From the human T2T-CHM13v2.0 reference genome, Homo sapiens, in assembly GCF_009914755.1 (NCBI RefSeq), contig NC_060939.1: a stretch of 64,000 nt of DNA. One strand, written 5' to 3'. Of this stretch, positions 49,823 through 64,000 are shown one piece after another. The number at the start of each line of letters is the position of its first letter. The first letter of the stretch is position 1. The position numbers were made by a program, and so were the translations under genes. Under the pieces are notes generated by a model. The model saw only the letters and a program-made list of their open reading frames with translations, searched no databases and was not told the origin of the DNA.

Positions 49823-50219
49823 TCAAAAAAAAAAAAAAGAAAAGAAAAGAAAAAGATTACTTATGATATGAGTGTATTATCTTTAGCTATTCATATGCAT
49901 TGTCAAATCTCTGGGTCTTTAAATTCTAGCAAATGTTCCTCTTTTTCATAATGCTAATATCTTACATGTCTGTGAACTAGAGTTTTTTTTTTTTTTTAGA
50001 TTGTTGGACAATCGCGAGGGAGGAACTTTCTCTCCCATTTTTGATGTTTCTTCCTTGTGGAGGGAATGTAATTAGTGTAACTCCTGACCTTCCTGCACCT
50101 CTTTATTAGCTCTTCCCAGGGAAGTCATTTATTTGGTGGGTAAATTTGAGATGTAAATACTTGAGCATGTATGCTCTGCTTAGCTTCTCTTCGTCCTCTG
50201 GGAAACTGATTACATTTAA

Positions 50220-50223
<4 letters not shown>

Positions 50224-50261
<38 letters not shown>
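50224..50261. repeat. (CA)n microsatellite
   Basis: Direct reading. Confidence 0.95.
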
Positions 50262-50263
<2 letters not shown>

Positions 50264-50868
50264 CAAGCCATGCTTCAGCCAATCATAGAGCCAACTACCA
50301 GCCAATGACAAACAGCCAGCCAGCTGTTAGTTATATAACTAGGGACTTTCACTGGATCATACCTAAGCAAGGCAAATGCCTAGCTGTAGCCAATGAAGTA
50401 ACTTCTTTACTTTTGCCTCCATGTTCAGCCTATAAGCATGCTGCTGCTCATGCTGTTAAAGTGGAGCTCTCTGAAGTTATTCTTTTTTTTTTTTTTTTTT
50501 TGAGACAAAGTCTTGTGCTGTCACCCAGGCTGGAGGGCAGTGGCACAATCACACCTCACTGCAGACTTGACCCGGGTCCAAGCCATCCTCCCACCTCAGC
50601 CTCCCAAGTAACTGGGACTACAGGCATGCACCACCATGCTGGGCTATTTTTTTTTTTTTAACTTTTTGGTAGAGACAAGGTCTCACCATGTTGCCTAGGC
50701 TCGTTTTGAATTCCTAGGCTCAAGCGATCCTTCCACCTCAGTTTCCTAAAGTATTAGAATTACAGGCATGAGCCACTGCACCCAGCCTTGAACTTATTCC
50801 AATTTTGAGTGCTGCCTCATTCATGAATCCTTTATTGCTCAAATAAGCGTTAAATTTATTTTATGTGA
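50262..50868 (+). mobile_element. LTR-like fragment (CCAAT-rich, TATA-like) with an internal Alu
   Basis: Repeated agccaat, gcctataag, ctgctgctcatgctg...ggagctctctgaa, ttgctcaaataa. Confidence 0.55.
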
Positions 50869-51395
50869 AGGCTTTACCAGTGGTAATCATTGTCTTTAGG
50901 CAATAAAAAACAGATGGATAGAAAAGAATAAATGCTCAGTAAAGAAACCACAGGATACTTATGCTTTGGCTAAAAAAAAAAATTGGAATGAAAATTTTTA
51001 TACAATGTTGCTAATTGTATCATATGAATAAAAGCTACGATTTTTAAATAAATTACTAACATTATTCACTTCTTGCATTATTCTGGATAAACATATTTTA
51101 GTGACCTACAAAGCCCTACGTAATCTCTGCTCCATTCCCTTCCCACCCATCTGAGATCATCTCTTATCATGATCCCACTCATTCACTCTATGCCAGCCAT
51201 ATGGCCTCCTTGCTGTTCCTCCAGCACACCCACCTTTTCCTGCCTCACTGCCTTCACCTGTGCTGCTCCCACTGCCTGGTTGCTCTTCTCCCACATGTAT
51301 CCATGGCTTGTTCCCTCTCTTCACCAAAGGCTCTATGGAAATGTCACTTTCACAGGGAGTCCTTCCCTGACTATCCCATTACAAATACCACTGTT

Positions 51396-53543
<2,148 letters not shown>

Positions 53544-53546
53544 AAA

Positions 53547-53571
53547 ACACACACACACACACACACACACA
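53547..53571. repeat. (CA)n microsatellite in the AHCY retrocopy tail
   Basis: Direct reading. Confidence 0.95.
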
Positions 53572-54156
53572 ATCACTGTTGGCCAGGCACAGTGGCTCAC
53601 ACCTGTAATCCCAGCACTTTGGGAGGCCTAGGCAGGAGAATCACTTCAGCCAGGAGTTCAAGACCAGCCTGAATGACAAGGTGAAACCCCATCTCTACAA
53701 AAAATACAAAAATTAGTTGGGGATAGTGGTGCATGTGTATAGTCCCAGCTACTAGAGAGGCTGAGGTGGGACGGTCACTTGAGCCTGGGAGATTGAAGCT
53801 GCAATGAGCCATGAACATGCCACTGTACTCCAGCTTGGGCAACAGAGCAAGACTCTGTCTCAAAAACAACAATAACAACAACAACAACAAAACCCACAAA
53901 CAAACAAAAACCACTGTCCTTGCTAGTCCTTTATCCTGTTTTATTTTTCTTCTAACACTTCTAGCACTTAACAACACTTGACATAGTCTACGTGTATTTG
54001 CTTATTGTATGTCTCCTCGACTAGAATGTAAGTCAGCTCCGTGTTGAGCAGGAATTTTATATTGTGAATCTAAAACAATGCCTGGCATAGAACATGCATT
54101 CAGTAAGTACTTGTTAAATGAATGGAAGATGAACCAGATTTTGGACTACTGCTTAT

Positions 54157-54253
54157 GCTGGATGGCATGTAAATTGAAGCTGTGATCAAATACAGGCCAT
54201 GCCTCTAAACAGCTGATGACCGCTTAGATTCTAGGTGCCATAGATACTGCTGC
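54157..54253 (-). pseudogene. Possible exon remnant QQYLWHLESKRSSAV*RHGLYLITASIYMPSS
   Basis: Phase-2 start matches the upstream exon, but the acceptor tract is weak and the donor is degenerate (ataagc). Confidence 0.3.
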
Positions 54254-55059
54254 CTGGTTTGTTACAATACTTTTTTTTTTTTTTTTTTTTGCTTTTACTC
54301 TTTACTATTATTCATTACCGGATGGTGGGTGAGGGGAAAAATACAGAATACATGCCCTAGTCCAGTGCTGTCCATTAGAGCTTTCTTTAATAATGGAAGT
54401 AGCCTGTATCTGCTGGTCAATAAGGTAACCAATAGTTACCAGGGGCTGTTGAGCACTTGAAATATGGATATTTTGACTGAACTGAATTTTTAATTTTACA
54501 ACTAGCTGTGGTTACTAGTTACTGTATTTAGCAGCCATACTCAACAATCCTATAGGTCTATCTTAATTACTTTTATAGGAATGAAGAGTATTATAATTAT
54601 TTCTCAATTATATATATTTGGTTTTAATTTCTACAGAGGAAGAGGACAACAAAGTTTTGTGAACTATTATTCATATAAGTTTGTAGTTGTTTAAGGAAAA
54701 GACTTCACAGAGAACAGGGCAGAGAGTAACACAATATCTGATTTCCAAAAAATTCAATCAAACTTTGATATGGATTTGGTCAAATCATTGTTTAATGGCC
54801 TCCTTAACATTATTATTAAACTGATTTATATAATTTGCTTTTTACTAATCAAATACATTGTTTTAAATCTTAATTATTTTTTATTATAAAAGTAATACAC
54901 ATTCAGTGTAACAAGTTCAAATAATCTCTCAGGTGGATAAAATACGGACATCCACCACACTGTACCTACCAAGATGCCCATACCCCAAAGATGATTGCTG
55001 TTAAACATTTAGAGTGCCTTTCCTGACTTTTTTGTCTAAGCACCTTTAAAAACCAATAC

Positions 55060-55803
55060 TTTTGGTTTTCAGTGATAGCTCTGAATCCCCTTTAGGCATA
55101 GAGTGTGGGAAATTATATTTCTGCAGCAAACTCAGGCTCTGCAACATCAAGTGTGGATTCACTGGAAATTATTTGAAGTAACACTTAGAGATCATAGTAG
55201 CCAAAAAATGTTGGGAAATTAAAAAGGGGTTTTTAAAAATTAATTATCGTTATTATTATTTTTTTCAAAGAGACAGGGTCTTCACTCCATCACCCAGGAT
55301 GGAGTTCAGTGGCGGAATTACAGCTCACTGAAGCCTCAAACTCCTGGGTGCAACCAATCCTCCTGCCTCAGCCTCCCAAGTAGCTTGGACTACAGGCATG
55401 CACCAACTGTGCCAGGCTAATTTTTTAATATTTTGTAGGGATAGGGTCTTGCTATGTTGCCCAGGCTGATCTCAAACTCCTGACCTCAAGCAATCCACGC
55501 ACCTCAGCCTCCCATAGTGCTGGGATTACAGGAGTGAGCTCCCACACCCAGCTGAAAAAGGTTTTTGTGGAGGGAGTATGATCAGGAGAAAAATCATGGA
55601 ATGTGCTCGAAAGAGATCTAAAGGGCCATGGAAGTCAAAAGGTTGAACTCCATAGAACAAAACATGAAGTATGGAAAGATTCTTTAAAAAACACTTGACT
55701 TTGGAACAAAATCCAAATTGTTCCCATGATTTCATTCTTTGACATTATGTTCATTTTGGTTATCTTAGTCTTTTCTCAGAATTCCTCTTTAACAGAGAAT
55801 TAT
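55060..55803 (-). pseudogene. Exon remnant split by an Alu: ...[96 protein letters not shown]
   Basis: cttttag| ... |gtattg. The frame is continuous once the Alu (~55240-55552) is removed using the TSD copy aaaaaggggttttt. Confidence 0.55.
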
Positions 55804-56168
55804 CTAAAAGCCCCTGGCTAAGTTAATGCTTATGACTATGGTCACAAATGGATGGCTTGGATTTTATTTGTTTTGCAGTGTTTGTAAATTTTTTTATGTA
55901 TACTGTTGTTGTCAACTAACATAATCCGTATGTATATGGGTTATATATATATATATATATTCCCCAAATTTAAAAACCAGTTTGGAGATTTTTCCCACAC
56001 ACAGAAAATCAGAAAATTGGCAATACTCTGCCCCATTACCACATGGCAACAATGTAGACAGGCCATGAGTTCTCCACATGGCCCTAATCCCCACCACTCT
56101 TAAACAAATCTAATCAGTTTTATGTATATTATATATGTATATTGCTGTGCTTCTCCTTCCTGCCTGAC

Positions 56169-56266
56169 CCTGCAAGACCCCTGTCTCAGTCTCTCTCAAC
56201 ATGTCTGAAGGACTCGAGGGCAGGTGTCAAAGGTGAAGGCCCTCATCTGGATTTAATGTCCTGGAC
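56169..56266 (-). pseudogene. Exon remnant, [31 protein letters not shown]
   Basis: ctgtttcaag| ... |gtcagg; 98 nt, phase 2->1, one TGA. Confidence 0.45.
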
Positions 56267-56298
56267 CTTGAAACAGCAGCTAGTGTTTTGAGCTCTAA

Positions 56299-56490
<192 letters not shown>

Positions 56491-56517
56491 TAGCAGAGAT
56501 GGGGTTTCACCGTGTTA

Positions 56518-56622
<105 letters not shown>

Positions 56623-56888
56623 TCAGTCATGTTTTCTTTCCCCAATGAAATAGAAAAGTTTTATTTCAAAGAGGAAAAGGGTGCAACAGCTGCAACATAC
56701 ATAAAACCTATTTAGTTTTACTTGGGAGTGGGAATCAGGAAACCTGGGTTCTGTTTTTGACTTAGTTTGGATAAAGAAGGGTAGTTAAGCTGTCCTTATG
56801 TCTCTTACCAAATGGAGAAAATACTGCTGTAGTTCACAGCAATTTGGGGAGTTTTAGATTCTATGGAAAATGGAAATCCTATTTGTAA

Positions 56889-57014
<126 letters not shown>

Positions 57015-57523
57015 TAGCTGGGATTACAGGCACGCGCCACCATGCCCAGCTAATGTTTGTATTTTTAGTAGAGACCAGGTTTTGCCATTTTGGCCAGGCT
57101 GGTCTCAAACTCCTGACCTCAAGTGATCTGCCCACCTTGGCCTCCCAAAGTGCTGGGATTACAGGCGTGAGCTACCGCTCCCGGTCTAATTTTTAAATTT
57201 TTGTTTTGTAGAGATGAGGGTCTCCCTTTGTTGCTCAAGCTGGTCTCTGTCTCTTGGGATCAAGGGATCCTCCTGCCTCAGCCTCCCAAAGTGCTGGGAT
57301 TACAGGCCTGGGCCACTGCAACCTGGCCTTCATCACAAATTCATTGAACACACTTTCTTTATTTTATCCTTTTTTATTTTTAAAAATTTTTATTTCAGTA
57401 GTTTTGGAGGAACAGGTTGCATGGAAAAGTTCTTTAGTGGTCATTTCTGAGATTTTGGTGCACCCATCACCCGAGCAGTGTACACTGTACCATGTGGCAC
57501 ACACTTTCACTTAAAGCATTTAC

Positions 57524-57549
57524 TAGACCTCGCTAGCCAGATTTCCCAT
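57524..57549 (-). pseudogene. Candidate first coding exon remnant (MGNLASEV)
   Basis: cagggATGG (strong Kozak), ATG GGA AAT CTG GCT AGC GAG GTC TA|gtaaat. The phase-2 end matches the phase-2 start of 56266, but the junction codon now reads TAG. Confidence 0.35.
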
Positions 57550-57597
57550 CCCTGAGACACCTGGAATGTTCCTGAGGACTTAGTGACTACTGCCTAA

Positions 57598-57945
<348 letters not shown>

Positions 57946-58199
57946 TGACCTCATCATTTGCCCGCCTCGGCCTCCCAAAGCGCTGGGATTACAGGCGTGA
58001 GCCACCGTGCCCAGCCTCGCCGGGGCCTTTTAAGTGACGTTAAAAATTGTACATAAAATATGTTTTAGGATAATACTTGTTTTTCTTTGACCAAAGGCTT
58101 GGCTTCAGAGAATGTTTAGCCAGAAATAGAGGGGCGTTAAATCCCCTTTTTTCTAATTTCCAATCTGAGGAGGAAAATAACGTAGTAAAGGGACGCAAG

Positions 58200-58760
58200 A
58201 GCAACCTTGCTTCTTCCACAACAAGGCCCAGGCGCCGCCTTGCAACCCGGAAATGCAGGGTGCAGTGCGGGGGGTAAGGGACCGGCCAACTATGTTGACC
58301 CGACTCAGAGAAACCCCGCCCTTGCCGCCACCGCCCACCCATAACGTCCTCCTCGACCCTCCCTCGACCATCCCTCGCCCCGCGGCCCTCACCGAAAAGG
58401 GGAGGGCGGTGGAAGAGAGAGGAGTCAAGGGAGCGCACGCGAAGCCCCGCCCCTGCCGTGACGTCTGGAGACGCGACGCGTCGCCTCGCAATGCAAATCG
58501 GGAAAAGGGGGTGAGCTGGGCTGGCTTCCGTCCTGGTAGCCAAGGCTAATTCTCCCTCGAGTTCTTGGGAGATGGGCATTTGGCGAGAAGGCTGGCGTTA
58601 GTGAAGCGCGCCCGGCGTCACGGTGAGTGCGGGTCTTGGGCCCTAGCACCTGTTCTCTGGGAAGTCGTCCGCTGTGAACGATGAACGCCTTTCCTTCCAC
58701 CAGCTGCTGGTTACCCCGGAGACAAGCTCTGTCCGCGGAGAGGAGTGGGACAACTCCTAA
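58200..58760 (+). promoter_or_regulatory. CpG-island promoter
   Basis: Local CpG/GC enrichment; GC boxes ccccgccc (~58314, ~58445), ETS-like ccggaa (~58247) and cttccg (~58525), CRE-like gtgacgtc (~58458), octamer atgcaaat (~58491). Confidence 0.9.
58490..58622 (+). other. USP8: First non-coding exon, probably USP8 exon 1; possible alternative donor at 58762
   Basis: Consensus donor cacg|gtgagt at 58622/58623 inside the CpG island. Gene identity rests on recall of the 5'UTR and the adjacent AHCY retrocopy; no coding exon is in the window. The TSS is approximate. Confidence 0.65.
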
Positions 58761-60067
58761 AGGTAGAATCAGCTTGTGGAGAGGAAAGGCCCAACCTTGA
58801 GTCTTTTACGCCATCTACCTAGGATTGCCAAGCGAGTTTCGTGTGTTTTTTTGGTTTTAAAAGGTGGCTTTGACCAATCTTCCGTTCTCTTGGACACTTA
58901 TACCCGACTTTGACCTCTTTCCTCTTGCTTCCGGTTTTTTTTTTTTCTGCAATCTGCCTACAATCCCAGGCCTTACTGTAGCTCCTAAAACTGTTTCCCA
59001 GTTTCTCTTCTTCCCCAGTCACACTTGATTTTAGTGAAGTTTGAGTTTAAAGACCCTATAAGCTTGTCAGAGTTAAAACTATGACTTCCTCAAATAGAAG
59101 ATTTTTTTTTTTTCCCCTAAAAAGTGCCTTCCATCCTAGAGTTGTGGGACAAGTTAATTTCACCGCCACTCCACCTTGGAAATTATCAGAATCCTTACTA
59201 GCAGTGATGTGCATTATAAAGCTGCAGACCACCCTCCTGGGTTTATTTCTTGCCTCCAGTTCATTCTGTGACCTTGAACAAGTCACTTAATCACTAACAA
59301 AAAATTTACCTGACACGGAGGTGTTGCAGAGCCTAAGGAATTTAGTATTTGTTAAGAGACCTGAGGGTTTCAGATGAAAGGGATTTATATCTAAAGGATG
59401 TTACCTTTTCTGAATCTGCAAAGCATCGTTAGTTTTGTAAATATCTTGCTGCAGCCATTAAAAATGCCAAGTGGTATTTGTTAAGGAAGTATTCCTGTTT
59501 TAGGCTTGCTCTGCTGCGGCTTTGCTATGTAAGCAGATTTTTGCATTTCAGCCGATTCTGTTTAAGATTCGTTGGTGAATGTCATTCATGATGGATTTGG
59601 GTAGTTTCTCCTTACAGCATATCCCTGGACTATTAAGCATATCTGGAAGGTGATATCGGTTGTGTTATGTCTTTATCATGTTGATATGGCTGCTTTGAAA
59701 TATGTATTCCTTTTCTTGTGACACATTGGATGCATCTTTAATATTAGTGAAGACCCTGTAGTAGTTTAAAAAAAAAATACACCTCTCATTAATGAAATTT
59801 TGCACATAGACATCTGTTTTTTTAAGAAAACAATGTATAAGAAAAACTAACAAAAATGTTTTAAAGGTGCCTTTTTTAGCATTTCGTTTTTTAATATATT
59901 TACTTGGACTTTAATCTTTATGGGCATTTGTTTATTAATGTGGACGTGGCTGGGCGCAGTGGCTCACATCTGTAATCCTAGCACTTTGGGAGGCGGAGGT
60001 GGGCGGATCACTGAGGTCAGGAGTTCGAGATCAGCCTGGCCAACATGGCGAAACCCGGTCTCTACTA

Positions 60068-60226
<159 letters not shown>

Positions 60227-60471
60227 TCAAAAAATAAAAAATAAAAAGCGTGGACATAATGGAAAATAATCAAAATGACTTTTGGGTAAGACAGTTGGAA
60301 AATAAAGCCAGTACATTAAATTTTTTTCATAAGTCTAGCACTATATTACGAACTTTTCTCCATGAAAATGCACTCATATTTATGGAAGTGAAAGGAAAAA
60401 AATGTCTTCAGGTATGTGTTGCTAATAAAATTAGATATAATTAAGGAAACATTTAAAAAATACCTTGTTGT

Positions 60472-60960
60472 TGTCCCAGTTACCTATTGCTGCATAACAA
60501 ATCACTCCAAAACATAGTGACTTAAAACTGTAATTTAGTATCTCTCCTGTTTCTCTGGCCTGCCTGGACTTAGCTAAGTGGTTTTCACCTAGAGTTTAAT
60601 GCGTTTGTATTCAGATAAGCAGCTGAGTTTGGAGTCAACCGAGAGCTCAGCTGGTCTGGACATCCAAAATGGCTAATTCACGTGAAGGCGTTTGATGTTG
60701 GCTAGGAGTTCAGCTGGAAATGTCAACTGGAATGCCCACACATAGCCTCTTCACGTGACTTGAACAGTATGGCGGCTAGGTTCCGAGAATACATGTTTGA
60801 GGAGTCAGGAAGTAGAAGCTGCCAGTCTCCCAAAAAGCCTGAGCCCAGAAATTCGCACAACATTACTTCCAACATACTCTGTTGGTTAGAGCAAAGACCA
60901 GCGTACAACCCTCACCTTTGAAAGGAAAAATGTCAAAGAATTTGTGGCCGTGCTTTGCCT
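60472..60960 (-). mobile_element. MLT1-family MaLR LTR
   Basis: tgtcccagttacctattgctgcataacaaatcactccaaaacatagtgacttaaaac. Confidence 0.7.
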
Positions 60961-62243
60961 ACTATAATTTTGATGACAAAGTTGTATTGGACTCTTGTTT
61001 GCATTTATATAGCAGATGAAGAATCAGGTACACTTCCAATTTCCAGTTTCTTTCTTTCTTCTTCTTCTTTTTTTTTTTTTGAGATGGAGTCTTGCTCTGT
61101 TGTCAGCCTGGAGTGCAGTGTACGATCTCAGCTCACTGCAACCTCTGCCTCCTGGGTTCACGCCATTCTCCTGCCTCAGCCTCCCGAGTAGCATGTCACC
61201 AAGCCCAGCTAATTTTTGTATTTTTAGTAGAGATGGGGTTTCACCATGTTGGCCAGGATGATCTTGATCTCTTGACCTGTGATCCACCTGCCTCAACCTC
61301 CGAAAGTGCTGGAATTACAGGCGTGAGCCACCGCGCCTGACCCATTTCCAATTTCTTTAACCGTAATACTTTATGTTGTAATGGCATATTACAGTTTTCA
61401 AAGCATGTTTTTGTATATTTTTTCACTTGATACCTATGGTCACCCTATAGAAGCAGACAAATAGTTCCTATTTCATTTTGCAGATGAAAGTAAACTGAAG
61501 AGTGGTGGTGGTATTGGGAGTGATTTACGGAATTTGTTCAAAGTCATATGATTAATAAATGGAAAGTAAGGCCTGCAACAGTTCCATAATATTAAATTTA
61601 TTAGTACTGAATGATGAAATATTATATTAAACTTATTTGGAATTCTACATTTATAGCCGTACTAATTTTTTTTTTTTTTTTTTTTTGAGACGGAGTCTTG
61701 CTCTGTCTTCTAGGCTGGAGTGCAGTGGTGAGTTCTCGGCTCACTGAAATGTCCGCCTCCTGGGTTTAAGCAATTCTGCTTCAGCCTCCCGAGTAGCTGG
61801 GACTATAGGCACCTGCCACCATGCCCGGCTAATTTTTGTATTTTAGTAGAGATGGGGTTTTGCCATGTTGGCCAGGCTGGTCTTGAACTCCTGACCTCAG
61901 GTGATCTGCCCGCCTCAGCCTCCCAAAGTGCTGGGATTATAGCCGTGAGCCACCATACCTGGCCCTTTTTTTTTTTAAACTGAGACAAGGTCTTGCTCTG
62001 TCACCCAGGCTGGAGTGCAGTGGCATGACCTTGGCTCACTGTAACCTCTGCTTCCTGGGCTCAAGTGATCCTCCTGCCTCAGCCTCCCAAGTAGCTAGGA
62101 CTGCAGGCACACGCCAGCACACCTGACTAATACCATACTAATTCAAGTAAAACAGTTCTCATGTATAGTGAATAAGGGTTAACTAAGCCTTGTCTCTTTT
62201 GACTAACACATTACAATTTAGTTTTTTGTTTGTTTGTTTTTGA

Positions 62244-62504
<261 letters not shown>

Positions 62505-62544
62505 TAGCTACCACGCCGGGCCTACAATTTAGTTTTTAATAATG

Positions 62545-63281
62545 CAGCAGTCTTCCTCTTATCTGCAGGGGATATGTTTCAAGACCTCCAATGAATGCCT
62601 GAAACCACAGATAGTACTGAACCCTATATATACTATGTTTTCCCTATATATACATTTTTATGATAAAGTTTAACTTATAAATTAGTAACAAGAGATTAAC
62701 AACAATAACTAATAATAAAATAGAATAATTACAACAATATAGTGTAATAAAAGTTATGCCCTGTGGCCATAACTTGTGCAACTTGAGGTGTGACAGCAAA
62801 ACTAGCACAAATTTCTTTTTCCTTCATAATTTTGCAGATAAAAGATCTTACCATAGATCTTAGCAACCTCAGCATGAGGTTTTTGGTTTTTTTTCTTATT
62901 AGGTTGAGAACTTTCACCTTTTTGCTTAAAGGAAGCAGTTTACAACTTCTTTTTGACATACGTGAATCTCTGCTTTTACACTTTGAAGCCATGATTAAGT
63001 AAAATGAGGGTTACTTGAACACAAGCACTGTAATACTGCTATAGTCAGTCTGGTAACTGAGACGGCCACTTAGTGATTAACAGGCAGGTAGCATCTACAG
63101 TGTGGATACACTGGACAAAGGGATGATTCATGTCACAGACTGGGCGAAGTGAGGTGGTGCACAATTTAAAACTTATGAATTGTTTATTTCTGGAATTTTT
63201 TATTTAATATTCTTGGACTGTGGTTGACTGCAAGTAGCTGAAACCATGGAAAGCGAAACCATGGATAAGGGGGGACTACTA
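62545..63281 (-). mobile_element. MER44-like (Tigger7-derived) DNA transposon with the transposase N-terminus
   Basis: TIR-like cagcagtcttcctcttatc ... ggataaggggggactact; ORF 62729..62992 (SKRSCKLLPLSKKVKVLNLIRK) resembles a CENP-B/psq HTH start. Confidence 0.85.
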
Positions 63282-64000
63282 CACTAAATTCTGAAACATA
63301 CCAATAATGGTGTAAACCCACATGTCTTTTTAATAGAGTAAAATGAAATAATTACACATTATAATACCAATTTCAGAACAAGAGTTATGGGCATAAGCAT
63401 CCTGGAGGTGTTTTTTTTTTTTTTTTTGGAGGTGTTATTTTAATTTCTCAATTACAGAGTTTTAAAAATGAAAATGATTTTTTAAAATTTTGGTAGGTTG
63501 AATGATTTAAGATGCTGATTTCAGCTGGAAACAAATTGTTGCCTTCATATTATTTTGTTGCTCCTAGCAGCATGTTTATATTCATTCTTATATTGATGGT
63601 TCCCAGTCTTGACTGGTGTTAGAATTCATTTGGGAAGCTTTTTAAAAATACCTATGTGGGCAAGGCGAGGTTGGCTCATGCCTGTAATCCCAGCACTTTG
63701 GGAGACCTAGGCAGGAGGATCACTTGAGCCCAAGAGTTTGAGACTATCCTGGACAACATAGTGAGACTCTGTATTTTTTTAAATATATAAATAAGAAAAT
63801 AAATACCTGTGTGTATGTCTCATCCATAGAGATTCTGATTTAATTGTTTAGGAGTGGGATCTGAGCATCAATATTTTTTTAAAGTTCTCTAGGTAACTGA
63901 TTCTAACATACAGCTGGGATTGAGAACTATGTTTTTGGTGCATGTTAAGTACGATCTGGCTCCCTACTTAATGATTTTGCATCTGTTAAAAAATTAATGA

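Larger units (their letters stand above)
49966..50893 (-). pseudogene. Exon remnant interrupted by an LTR/Alu: ...[68 protein letters not shown]
   Basis: Strong acceptor ttttttattgcctaaag| at 50893 and donor cat|gtaaga at 49966; ~69 codons with a single TGA. Confidence 0.5.

Noticed and set aside
58040-58579. 179-aa minus ORF and overlapping ORFs in the CpG island
   Set aside because: GC-rich stop avoidance, low-complexity Arg/Gly/Pro content, no recognisable domain.

Overview
Primate (human-like) genomic DNA, very Alu-rich, with older L1, L2, MIR, MaLR, ERV and Tigger relics. There is no intact protein-coding exon, and most of the ORF track is Alu-derived noise. Recognisable elements are a full-length processed AHCY pseudogene (+, ~51396-53543) and a CpG-island promoter with a first non-coding exon (+, ~58200-58762). 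From memory this exon is USP8 exon 1 (15q21.2, GABPB1-USP8 interval); this is not checked. The main observation comes from reading the non-repeat islands on the MINUS strand. They form a chain of about 25 decayed exon-like segments from ~57549 down to ~1830. Most are bounded by AG/GT with polypyrimidine tracts, phases match across the core junctions (some only after repairing a small frameshift or degenerate donor), and reading frames rejoin after inserted Alus are removed. This suggests a large (~1400-1500 codon) lost multi-exon gene, head-to-head with the CpG-island gene, with a candidate MGNLAS start and an X-box-like/CCAAT promoter. I cannot assign the protein to a family.
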